64,000 nucleotides of DNA from a virus (taxonomy: Duplodnaviria > Caudoviricetes): positions 156,983 to 220,982 of IMG/VR virus record IMGVR_UViG_3300028624_000003; one strand, given 5' to 3'. Positions 8,286 through 16,987 of the stretch are shown here, piece by piece (within the stretch, counting starts at the first letter, position 1; each line of letters starts with the position of its first letter). The position numbers and the translations under genes were made by a program. Below the pieces are notes generated by a model, which worked only from the letters and a program-made list of their open reading frames with translations, did no database searches and was not told the DNA's origin.

Positions 8286-10181
8286 ATGTACCTGATTCCT
8301 GACCTCACCGGCCAGAGTGAACTCTGTAAGGTGGAAAATGATGTACGGCTCATCATCGCAGCAGATCAGAAACTGGAGTTTCATACTCCAGTATTCGCAG
8401 ATACTCTGAACATCATCCGGATCGGTACTACCAATGTCACGTTCATTCGTGGTGTTGATTGGAATTACGGTCCGAGTGATCATGACGTAACTGCGATGTC
8501 CGAAATGCAGATGAAGGATGATACCTTTGACAAGATCTTGCTCAAGAGTATCGTGATCCTCAAGCCATTCGTATCACTCAAATACAAGGTAAGTCTGTCT
8601 TACCAGAAGCTTTATCCTGTTCCCAGCAAGGTAGCACGAGATCCTGCTGGTGAAACACTGAATGTAACTGGTGAACTCATTCTGGACATGCTTGAGTCCA
8701 TCAGACGACATGAGCTTCTCCTTGCTCCGGTCAAAGACGTACACGGTATTGCACCTAACAATCCGTTGATGCTCGAGATCGACACTACGATGGAGCGAGC
8801 AGAAAACTTCATCGTCAAGGAGCGACATCAAATAAATGTACCTGCAAATCTGGAACACATTCATCCGATTGCAGGTTCTTTCTACAAAGAGAAGTTTGTG
8901 GCCTATAATGGCACCACAGGACGGACCCTCACAGAGGGTGAAGATTACGTCTTCTGGGGTGCAAATCTCTCTAAGACAGCGATGGCTCAGACTCCTTCGC
9001 CGGTCTATGACTTTATTCTCTTGAAGAAGCCGTTTGTAGGACCTATCGATATAACGTACCATGCGTTCGGTGGAGATCCTACGATTCATGATGTACGTAC
9101 TCTCTCCGAGAGTATCAACAACATCATGAACTATCTCGTAGAGAATCAGCTTCTTACTCCGCAAACGATCGGCAATGTACAGCCGCTTATTCTTATTCGA
9201 AACAAGATCTCTGAGCTGGAGGAAAAAATGCGTAGACTCGCCTCTGAAGGTCGTCCTTCTTACGGTGATGTTTCCCATGGGCGTTGTCTGAAGAAGCGTA
9301 TAGCTGCTGACGATACGAACCTTCATTGGTGGACCATTGCCGAATTGTACAAAGTCGAAGGGTCTGAAGAAATCTTCGTGTCTGACACGGCGAAACTTCG
9401 TATTTCGACTCTGCTCACCAAGTTCGCATTTGACGTCATCATCAACGTCAACACGACCAATGAACTCAACAAGCTCAATGTGAATTGTATTTCCGCTACG
9501 TACCCCAAGGGATACATACCCTTCGTGGACTACTCGGAGATGGAAAACATCATCCGTCCCCAGTTCCGTATCATCTGGAATGAAAACACGGTACAGGGTT
9601 CCGGTATCTATCTGCAGATCGGTCTCCGTCTTAAGACAGTACGAGAAGAAACCATCGCAGTGGAAGACTGGAGTGGTGGTGAATCCTGTTGGAAGCTCAT
9701 CTCCGATCCCGTAGAAGCGGTACTTCCTGAAGACAACACGATCACCCTTCCCAGCAAGAACCACATCTGGGATACCATCAATCCTGACTCTCGTCAGGTA
9801 AGCTATCTTGTACCCTTCCAAGATGGACATCTCATCTGGGCAGGTTCCGAAGCTCTCAACCGTCCGGAAAGCGGATGGAAGAACTTCACCCTCGTGCATA
9901 CACTCGAAGACGATACGGATATTCGGAACATCCGTCAGATCCGTATCGATCTGGAAGAAGTCGGCTCGACTGTGTTCCCAATCACACTGGACGTGATTCC
10001 CGGTTCGGAGAAATTGACTGGTACCGCAGCGTTCACCTACAACGGTAAGCCTGCGTACATCAATGCGGTCCTGAATCGCAATCCGGTAACGAAGAAGATC
10101 GAACTGAGTGTCAATGCAGACATCAGTGCAGGCCCCACCTCGACTCGTCTTAACATGCGGCATGTTCTGATTTTCCTCTAG
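8286..10181 (+). CDS. phiKZ-like baseplate/tail-fibre anchor structural protein
   Basis: 631 aa; duplicated N-terminal module (DLTG...RGVDW / DTTM...EGEDY) like phiKZ tail proteins (recalled). Confidence 0.6.
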   Translation: MYLIPDLTGQSELCKVENDVRLIIAADQKLEFHTPVFADTLNIIRIGTTNVTFIRGVDWNYGPSDHDVTAMSEMQMKDDTFDKILLKSIVILKPFVSLKYKVSLSYQKLYPVPSKVARDPAGETLNVTGELILDMLESIRRHELLLAPVKDVHGIAPNNPLMLEIDTTMERAENFIVKERHQINVPANLEHIHPIAGSFYKEKFVAYNGTTGRTLTEGEDYVFWGANLSKTAMAQTPSPVYDFILLKKPFVGPIDITYHAFGGDPTIHDVRTLSESINNIMNYLVENQLLTPQTIGNVQPLILIRNKISELEEKMRRLASEGRPSYGDVSHGRCLKKRIAADDTNLHWWTIAELYKVEGSEEIFVSDTAKLRISTLLTKFAFDVIINVNTTNELNKLNVNCISATYPKGYIPFVDYSEMENIIRPQFRIIWNENTVQGSGIYLQIGLRLKTVREETIAVEDWSGGESCWKLISDPVEAVLPEDNTITLPSKNHIWDTINPDSRQVSYLVPFQDGHLIWAGSEALNRPESGWKNFTLVHTLEDDTDIRNIRQIRIDLEEVGSTVFPITLDVIPGSEKLTGTAAFTYNGKPAYINAVLNRNPVTKKIELSVNADISAGPTSTRLNMRHVLIFL

Positions 10182-10191
10182 GAGGTGCACA

Positions 10192-10410
10192 ATGATCGTA
10201 GTGCATCTTAAGAAGGACATCAAACACCAGCGATATTTCGTGGAGTCTTGGTACTTCGTGAGCAAACAAGAAGCAGCCAAGATAGAAGAAATTCCTGGAT
10301 ACCGTGTGGTAGTAGATCACACAAAAATACCACCCGGATTCTACGAACGTCCGCACTGGTACTTCTACGAAGAAGGTCAGTTGCGTAACGGTTACGGAAT
10401 CAACGAATAA
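10192..10410 (+). CDS. Small hypothetical protein, 72 aa
   Basis: SD AGGAGG. Confidence 0.7.
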   Translation: MIVVHLKKDIKHQRYFVESWYFVSKQEAAKIEEIPGYRVVVDHTKIPPGFYERPHWYFYEEGQLRNGYGINE

Positions 10411-10420
10411 TCCGACAACT

Positions 10421-10466
10421 AGTAGGAGAGAGGCCCTCGGGCCTCTCTCCTACTCTGAGCTTTTTT
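10421..10466 (+). terminator. Long stem-loop with T tract
   Basis: AGTAGGAGAGAGGCC-CTCG-GGCCTCTCTCCTACT...TTTTTT. Confidence 0.75.
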
Positions 10467-10469
10467 ATG

Positions 10470-10487
10470 CATATATTACTAATTTGA
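10470..10487 (+). promoter_or_regulatory. Early promoter (C)ATATATTAC-N6-GA
   Basis: Motif copy. Confidence 0.75.
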
Positions 10488-10578
10488 ACCCAGATAACTA
10501 AATAGAGGAATGATTTTCACTCCTCTGGTAGAATGCTACACATGCAGCGAATACTACAACAAGAAAAAGGAGACAGTC

Positions 10579-11550
10579 ATGCTGAAGAAATTCACATCGA
10601 TATTTTCTGGACTATTCCACAAAGAACAAAAAGCAAAAGAGACTATCCCTGATACAATCCCCGCGTTTGTGTCAGACCCCATTCGTGCGCAACTTATCGA
10701 AATGCTGTTCAGCGAAGAAATACCTCTTCCCACAAAGCCGTATAAGCCAAAGTTCGTGACATTTGAAGAATTGGAACACGTAGATGGGATGCACGATCCC
10801 CTCGTGGAGATTTCCACGAGTGAAGGACTTGTACAATACTTGTACACTGGCTGCAACTGGACTCGTAGAAATTGTTACAGTGTGTACAACATGTACCACT
10901 ATATTCCAGTCAATCCACTTCTCGACGGCTCTCTTTCCTTGGAGGAAAGTGTTAGACGACTTGATTCTGCTTCATTATGGGTGTACTCGTGGTTCCACAC
11001 CACGTATATCTGGAATAAGCATATGTTCAATGAGCACTGGGTACACCCGATAATATCTAACGGCTGCGTCCACGAACTGCAATATGGTTTAGTTGTGGCA
11101 TACAACGTAAACGAAGATGGTCTAGTTGACGAGGATAGTCATCCATCTTACAATGCTGTGAGCAAATGTTTGATCGATATTCAAAAGATCGTCACTCTTG
11201 CTCAGACTCTCGGCGTACCTGTATCGCATTCGAACATATTCAAAGATTTCTCTGAGTTCGAAAGTTATGCAAAGAACATCTCGGTACAGTTACGACGTGT
11301 CAGCGTGATCCCTCAGCTTCCGATCGCTTCGAAGTTTGATGGGTTTGTTCACTCGATGTGTACTGCAACATTAAGTGAATCACGTATACCACATGCAGTA
11401 CATACCACGCTGAAAGGGATAGCAGACCCGCGCATAGTTGTGGAGTACAACGGAAAACTTCACCGCATCGTACCAGAGACATACCAGTGGAAAGGTAGCA
11501 CCCTCATCGTCACGATGGACGAATCATTCAACGAACAACTATTTTCCTAA
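10579..11550 (+). CDS. Hypothetical early protein
   Basis: ATG 10579 with SD AAGGAG (ATG 10510 is an alternative start). Confidence 0.7.
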   Translation: MLKKFTSIFSGLFHKEQKAKETIPDTIPAFVSDPIRAQLIEMLFSEEIPLPTKPYKPKFVTFEELEHVDGMHDPLVEISTSEGLVQYLYTGCNWTRRNCYSVYNMYHYIPVNPLLDGSLSLEESVRRLDSASLWVYSWFHTTYIWNKHMFNEHWVHPIISNGCVHELQYGLVVAYNVNEDGLVDEDSHPSYNAVSKCLIDIQKIVTLAQTLGVPVSHSNIFKDFSEFESYAKNISVQLRRVSVIPQLPIASKFDGFVHSMCTATLSESRIPHAVHTTLKGIADPRIVVEYNGKLHRIVPETYQWKGSTLIVTMDESFNEQLFS

Positions 11551-11648
11551 TCACACAAAGCAGTAGGAGTTATGACCGCACTGGTCAGCGCAAAACGTAA
11601 GAACGTGTCGCGGTAACATCCAAAAGAAATCACCAAGGAAATGTGCAC

Positions 11649-12473
11649 ATGGAAAATGCAGATGATTCACGCAAGCGTAAGATCATTGACTTCTGGCCTG
11701 TAAAGATCGTGGTGAGTATACTCACCAGAATACTGATACTCGTCGTGACACAATTTGTGTACATGCTGGTGTTCACTTCTGTGCTTAACGGGCAAAACAG
11801 TCTGCTCATCTTCCACAAAACAGGGAAGACAAGAATCGTCAGCTACAAGAAAAACTACCAGAGAAACAAAGATCTGCTTACATACGAGTCGGCCAGCGAG
11901 TACTGTAATCGGGTGTGGAACGAGATCATATATCGTGTACACGGAAAAATCAGAGACTCCAGTTGTATCGAGTACGAATCATGTAGCTCTGAGTGGTCGT
12001 GGGCTACAGTGACTTCCGTGGTTTCGTATTCCGATATGACATTCATCAGACCGCACGTGATCACCGAGATCCTGTGCTCGGTGTACACTGAAGTCATCAC
12101 CCCATTCTACGCGAAAGATGATAGCAAGACGCCGCACAGCTTGGGGCAGCTCTTGGATCGGCAGAGTCAGAATGCTGACCGTCTAGAAGCTTCGCAGTAC
12201 TGGGATCTGATAAGTAGTCTGATCATTCTGGTGATATCTGACTACGAAAACCCAGAAGTAGTCATAGACGGAAACACGTTACAACGAGCAGTACTGCTTG
12301 CAGAACTGTATTCGCAGATAGATCAATTGAACAGACCGAAAGCGTGCTCCGGTTGCCAGATAGTGGAGAGGACCCTCCATCGACTGAACAAGTCAGAAGA
12401 ATTTGAGCTGGACGTGGAATATCTTCTGGCGTCATGTCTGCCAGGATACAGACTTTACGTCACGAAAAAATAA
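11649..12473 (+). CDS. Hypothetical protein with an N-terminal transmembrane segment
   Basis: IVVSILTRILILVVTQFVYMLVF hydrophobic stretch; SD AAGGA. Confidence 0.65.
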   Translation: MENADDSRKRKIIDFWPVKIVVSILTRILILVVTQFVYMLVFTSVLNGQNSLLIFHKTGKTRIVSYKKNYQRNKDLLTYESASEYCNRVWNEIIYRVHGKIRDSSCIEYESCSSEWSWATVTSVVSYSDMTFIRPHVITEILCSVYTEVITPFYAKDDSKTPHSLGQLLDRQSQNADRLEASQYWDLISSLIILVISDYENPEVVIDGNTLQRAVLLAELYSQIDQLNRPKACSGCQIVERTLHRLNKSEEFELDVEYLLASCLPGYRLYVTKK

Positions 12474-12519
12474 ATGTGTCCCTATCACCCAAATGACAGC
12501 GACCCCGAAGGAGGCTTCA

Positions 12520-13218
12520 ATGTGGTTCGTTAAGCTCGGCAAAAAATTGGCTACGTTTGCATCTCCGAATGACATCCAGCGGGTATGCATAGATGGTACT
12601 CCACCTTACGTGCACGGCCTGCAAGATCTTGGCATGATTCTCACCTGGGCTGAGATACACCCCGAAAGCAAGCTTTTCACCGGAAACTTGCTGTACAATG
12701 TCACTCCTCAGATGCAGGAATTCCTCACAACTTCGAATCCGCTGAAGAGTATCATCGATCTGGTCATCCGTACCGATATGCAGGAAATGCCTTCCTCGAT
12801 CTACGCTGTCGGTATGCAGAACATGGACAAGATGGCAGAGGCCACCAAAAGCATTGAATTCCTTGTACAGGATCCTGAAGCTACCGATGTGAACAACATC
12901 AATGTGGTGGAGAGTGATCCTCTGCAAGGAATGATCATTCTCAGCGAGATCCACTACCTCTACAACGGGAAGCGTCATCTTCTTCCCAGATTTGGGGTAG
13001 CGTTCGATGGCGAACGATTCTCGCTCGGCGAGTGCATGTACTCGCACAACCCGCTTGTCGTAGACGGTATCATGAAGATCGATGCGCAGGGTTTCTGCGA
13101 TGCTGGAGATCAGCTCGGTCTGAACATACCGAATACGTTCTCGTTCCAGTACAACGCATTCTGGGACGCAGCCAAAGAAAAGGAATACGTCGCTACCGCC
13201 GAAGAAATTCCGCAATAG
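12520..13218 (+). CDS. Hypothetical protein
   Basis: ATG 12520 with SD AAGGAGG. Confidence 0.7.
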   Translation: MWFVKLGKKLATFASPNDIQRVCIDGTPPYVHGLQDLGMILTWAEIHPESKLFTGNLLYNVTPQMQEFLTTSNPLKSIIDLVIRTDMQEMPSSIYAVGMQNMDKMAEATKSIEFLVQDPEATDVNNINVVESDPLQGMIILSEIHYLYNGKRHLLPRFGVAFDGERFSLGECMYSHNPLVVDGIMKIDAQGFCDAGDQLGLNIPNTFSFQYNAFWDAAKEKEYVATAEEIPQ

Positions 13219-13229
13219 TGATGAGTACA

Positions 13230-13261
13230 CAGGAGAGGATGTCCTAGGGCATCCTCTCCTG
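13230..13261. terminator. Near-palindromic hairpin between convergent genes
   Basis: CAGGAGAGGATGTCCTAGGGCATCCTCTCCTG. Confidence 0.7.
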
Positions 13262-13283
13262 CATATAGTTGACAGATTCGCTT

Positions 13284-14954
13284 TTATTTTTGTGGATCTC
13301 TTGACAGATTGAAGAATGTCAGACCAGTCAAGTCAGTCCGAAGACTCTTGATGAATTTCCCATCAGGAGTTACTAGACTTTTTGTACTGTTCAAGTATGC
13401 TTCACATTCTGCAGTACCTTCTACAGACATGACCGAGTTCAATGAACCTGTATCACCGTCGTAGTCAGCAGTGAGACCCTTAGTCTGTCCGGGGTGAATG
13501 ATCGTACTGTCGAGATGGGGCTTGCCGAGTATCGGATACATGGGCAACTCTATTTCTTTCTCGTCGTACTGAGACATGAATCGTACTTTTCTCGAAGGAA
13601 TAGTCGTACCGACTTTGATTCGAGTAGGGTAGATTGATCCAATTTCGATTGCCGGGTATCGAGTAAACGTCATGAACTTCCCGGCAGTAGCACGGAATGT
13701 GGCAAGATAGAGCATTTCCATGTACGTCAATGGTCGTATGTATTTGCGATCGACATCGACGTTATGGTTATCCTTCATGAATGTAGTAAAGTCTTCCACA
13801 CTTCTGAAAAGGTATACACTTTCACCAGTATCGTACACCAAGAAGAGATAGTAGAACTTATCGTTCACGTCACGGATGATTACTGGCTTTTCGCGCATAT
13901 GCACATTCTTGAACATGGAGATAAGATCTTCCATTCCTTCCGATGACAGCGCATTGTTGACTTCACTATTCGACACGTCAATGTATTCGGTGTTGTAAGT
14001 CTTGGTGTCGATACCAATAACACGAGTACTCGACTGGGTAAAGATCTGACTGTAAAACAGTGCTCTGAGATTGTGAATGACCAAAGGTTGGAATCCCTTG
14101 GCTAGCTGAAACAATGGTGCAATTGTTTCGTCGTGTTTCTGGTATGTCGGGTCACTTACTGATGTACCTTTCAGCTCAGCACCCGAGATAACATTTCTAG
14201 TCCCATAAGCCAGTGCACGTCGAGCGTATTTTCTCTGTGCGAATCCTGCTTTACCACTGAGGAATTCCTTGTGTACAGAGAATAGCTCGTAGACCTTCAG
14301 CTGTATATTGTAGCGAACTCCATCGTAGATACGATTGAGCTGAGGGGAATCATCGCTACTCTTCACTTCATTGGCCAGTGCAAGAATGTACTTGTAAATG
14401 CTATTGATCTCTTCAACAGCCACTCTTCCATTCTCTACCTTCAATTCACGCAGTCCTGCAGGGAGTATCAGAAGCCGCTTTACGACAGCCGCACCGATAG
14501 ATTTTGCCCGCTCAATTGCGAGGATTTTCATCTGTCTCGTGTGAGATTCTGTTTTCGGGAATTTGAGGCTATCGAAGCATGAAAGGAAGAAACTGAAGCC
14601 AGTATCAGATCCTACCTTTTCTTTGTCACACGGAATCAGTTCACCCGACTTCTTATCCAGATAAGCGTAGATCTTACCTGACATGATCTCACTGTATATT
14701 GGCTTCAGGTCGATTACGTTTTTGTATATCACCGGAGCCAAAATTGCAGTATTGAGAGACATAAATCCGCAGCGAGAGATTCTCTCAGCGGTACCTATCT
14801 GTCCGAAAATACCCTCAGAAAACAGCCCATCAGGATGAAGGTTCGTAGACGAAGGTTCCCAAATGAGCGGGGAAGTTACTTCGATCAGACCTTGTTCTTT
14901 GATGAGGTTGTCTATATTCAGAGGCCAAATGTTTACCGGGGATTGTGGCTTCAT
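13284..14954 (-). CDS. Virion RNA polymerase beta' subunit, N-terminal part (phiKZ gp180-like)
   Basis: HPDGLFSEGIFGQIG, ILPAGLR, GKAGF...R...GTRNVI, TRYP, catalytic ADYDGD. Confidence 0.92.
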   Translation of the reverse strand: MKPQSPVNIWPLNIDNLIKEQGLIEVTSPLIWEPSSTNLHPDGLFSEGIFGQIGTAERISRCGFMSLNTAILAPVIYKNVIDLKPIYSEIMSGKIYAYLDKKSGELIPCDKEKVGSDTGFSFFLSCFDSLKFPKTESHTRQMKILAIERAKSIGAAVVKRLLILPAGLRELKVENGRVAVEEINSIYKYILALANEVKSSDDSPQLNRIYDGVRYNIQLKVYELFSVHKEFLSGKAGFAQRKYARRALAYGTRNVISGAELKGTSVSDPTYQKHDETIAPLFQLAKGFQPLVIHNLRALFYSQIFTQSSTRVIGIDTKTYNTEYIDVSNSEVNNALSSEGMEDLISMFKNVHMREKPVIIRDVNDKFYYLFLVYDTGESVYLFRSVEDFTTFMKDNHNVDVDRKYIRPLTYMEMLYLATFRATAGKFMTFTRYPAIEIGSIYPTRIKVGTTIPSRKVRFMSQYDEKEIELPMYPILGKPHLDSTIIHPGQTKGLTADYDGDTGSLNSVMSVEGTAECEAYLNSTKSLVTPDGKFIKSLRTDLTGLTFFNLSRDPQK

Positions 14955-14985
14955 TTATATGACTCCTATTAATAAATGGAAATCC

Positions 14986-14993
14986 ATCCTATG
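14986..14993 (+). promoter_or_regulatory. Late promoter ATnnTATG, overlapping a variant ATAGGATG on the minus strand
   Basis: CATCCTATG between divergent genes. Confidence 0.55.
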
Positions 14994-15024
14994 ATCAACT
15001 ACTATTTCACAAAGGAGCATAGAA

Positions 15025-16098
15025 ATGCCGTACCTGTTAGAACTACCTGACGCCGGACGCAATCTGATTCAAAAATTTTACGACATTCCTGCAGAAGGTA
15101 TATTTACATTTTCGATGCCTACAGAAGAATTCGTATCTACCGGTGTCACTAGTAACGACGAATTTCCGTCAGTATTGGACGGAGATCCAGTAGTGAGATC
15201 TTTTAGTAAGATGACCATTCAGGCTGGTCACATAGTTCGGCCTACGAACAGATGTAAAGGGATGTATTTGTTCGTAGAAGGTGATCTCATCATAGACGGC
15301 GAATTGACTATGACTGCACGAGGAGCCAATGCTCCGGGTAAATTCGTAGGTATAGATCCACGTCGTGGGGTATTCATAAATTCGGAAGATATTTTCACTG
15401 CACTAGGACTCGCAGTAATACAGCCGACAGGAGGAGCTGGTGCCCCTAAAAGAAGTATAGGTAGTGGAAATGAAAATTCGTATGGCGGCGGCGGTTATGC
15501 CGGAAGTCCGGGAATAAACGGCGCCTGTGGTGGTGGAGGTGGTGGAGGATGTGAACACCAGAATGGTGGAAGTAGCACGGGAGGAGCAGGTTCGGAAGGT
15601 ACTTCGTTCTCCGGTGGTGCAGGAGGTGGTGGCGTTGCTGCGGCTGGTCGTACTGTGACTGCGGGCAGTGGTCAGCCGAACGGAGGACCGGGTGGTAATG
15701 GCCGCTGTGATACCATAGATTCGAATAACAAACGACGAGCAGTCGGGGGAGGAGCTGGAAATCCGGGTGGAGCTGGTCATAGAGTGGCTCCTTCTAATTA
15801 TTCTGCATACTCTGGAGAGAATGGTACTGGAGGATTACTTATACTCGTAGTACAGGGTGATATAATTTTTGGCCCTGCAGGAAAGATAACTTCCAATGGA
15901 TCCGGTGGTGGTAAAGGACATAACGCGTCAGGTGGTGGATCAGGCGGAGGTGCTATTCACATATTCCATAAAGGAATTATAACTGATCCTACCAAAATAC
16001 AAGCTCAAGGCGGCGCTGGCGCTACTTCTGCTGTAACTACAATTTATACTCGAGGCGGTAATGGTGGCGCGGGTTCTATTGTCATTACGAAAATCTAA
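15025..16098 (+). CDS. Glycine-rich (polyglycine-II type) putative tail adhesin, paralog B
   Basis: Shares LPDAGR..QKF, NDEF, MTIQAGH.VRPTNRCKGMYL, GTSFSGGAGGGGV and GGGSGGGAIH.F with 6460-7524. Confidence 0.7.
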   Translation: MPYLLELPDAGRNLIQKFYDIPAEGIFTFSMPTEEFVSTGVTSNDEFPSVLDGDPVVRSFSKMTIQAGHIVRPTNRCKGMYLFVEGDLIIDGELTMTARGANAPGKFVGIDPRRGVFINSEDIFTALGLAVIQPTGGAGAPKRSIGSGNENSYGGGGYAGSPGINGACGGGGGGGCEHQNGGSSTGGAGSEGTSFSGGAGGGGVAAAGRTVTAGSGQPNGGPGGNGRCDTIDSNNKRRAVGGGAGNPGGAGHRVAPSNYSAYSGENGTGGLLILVVQGDIIFGPAGKITSNGSGGGKGHNASGGGSGGGAIHIFHKGIITDPTKIQAQGGAGATSAVTTIYTRGGNGGAGSIVITKI

Positions 16099-16102
16099 TG
16101 AT

Positions 16103-16140
16103 CATCGGTACTGGGAGGGTAATCCCTCCCAGTACCGATG
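16103..16140 (+). terminator. 17-bp perfect stem-loop
   Basis: CATCGGTACTGGGAGGG-TAAT-CCCTCCCAGTACCGATG. Confidence 0.65.
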
Positions 16141-16178
16141 TTATAGAATGTACCTATCCGACACAAGGGAGTCTCGAG

Positions 16179-16985
16179 ATGGATATTTTCGACCTGAATG
16201 CAGTTCAAGCGGATGTGCAGCAAGAGTTTACTCGCCCTATCCGTTCTGTTTACATTGACTTGGCCTACCTTCAGGATTTCTATCTTGGGGGTCTTTTGTG
16301 TAAACACTGTAATGAGAAGGACTACACCCACATTTACGAAGGTATGAAAGCGTATAACGCTAGAGTCACCTACGAGAGAACAAAGTTCTTCCCTGGGTTG
16401 AATGAAACTGATGAGTCGTTGATGAAGTACATCACTGATCAAAATCATTCCGATAGTCTGATTCAGTGTTCACCAGTGACGGATTTCTTTCTGAAGCTCC
16501 CTGAATTTCATCGCAGTGCACAGGAAAGAAATAGCATTGTGGCGGAAAACAATACCGACAGCACAATCACGTACGTGATCAATCCGTATCCTTTAAAGTT
16601 ATCTCCGACGAGTGTACAACTTCTGAAGTTCAGAATGTCGTCGATTTTGACCAATTTTAGATTGGGAATTATCGAAACGAGATCTCGTGACATGTCAGAA
16701 ATATCGATGAATACATTCGATACTTTTTTCATTGAGAATCTGAATGAACTCACGGATGATACTGGTAATCTGTACAAGTATTTTTTCCTGGAAAATAAGT
16801 TCTCAGATAGGTTGGTCGCAGCCCCTAGGCGCATAAACGATCCTCGTTTAGTTCGAGATATTGATATACTTACACCCGAGAAGATTGACGAAGCCTTAAC
16901 CAATACGGATGCGATATGCAACTTGTTTGCCACGTTTTCGTATGTCGATATTCAAATTTTGTGTGAAGAATCCAAGGTAGGGTAA
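16179..16985 (+). CDS. Conserved hypothetical jumbo-phage protein, possibly HAD-fold derived
   Basis: ATG 16179 with SD AAGGGA; SVYIDLAYLQD near the N-terminus. Confidence 0.6.
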   Translation: MDIFDLNAVQADVQQEFTRPIRSVYIDLAYLQDFYLGGLLCKHCNEKDYTHIYEGMKAYNARVTYERTKFFPGLNETDESLMKYITDQNHSDSLIQCSPVTDFFLKLPEFHRSAQERNSIVAENNTDSTITYVINPYPLKLSPTSVQLLKFRMSSILTNFRLGIIETRSRDMSEISMNTFDTFFIENLNELTDDTGNLYKYFFLENKFSDRLVAAPRRINDPRLVRDIDILTPEKIDEALTNTDAICNLFATFSYVDIQILCEESKVG

Positions 16986-16987
16986 TC

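Noticed and set aside
8574-10280. 568-aa antisense ORF (also 43151-44074, 5468-6331, 49787-50611, 12517-13230, 46127-46795)
   Set aside because: The 568-aa ORF is codon-aligned with a real sense gene and is explained by scarce TTA/CTA/TCA codons; the others shadow real genes in the same way; no recognisable motifs
6460-16098. Diversity-generating retroelement behind the adhesin variation
   Set aside because: No reverse transcriptase and no near-identical TR/VR pair with adenine-only differences in the window
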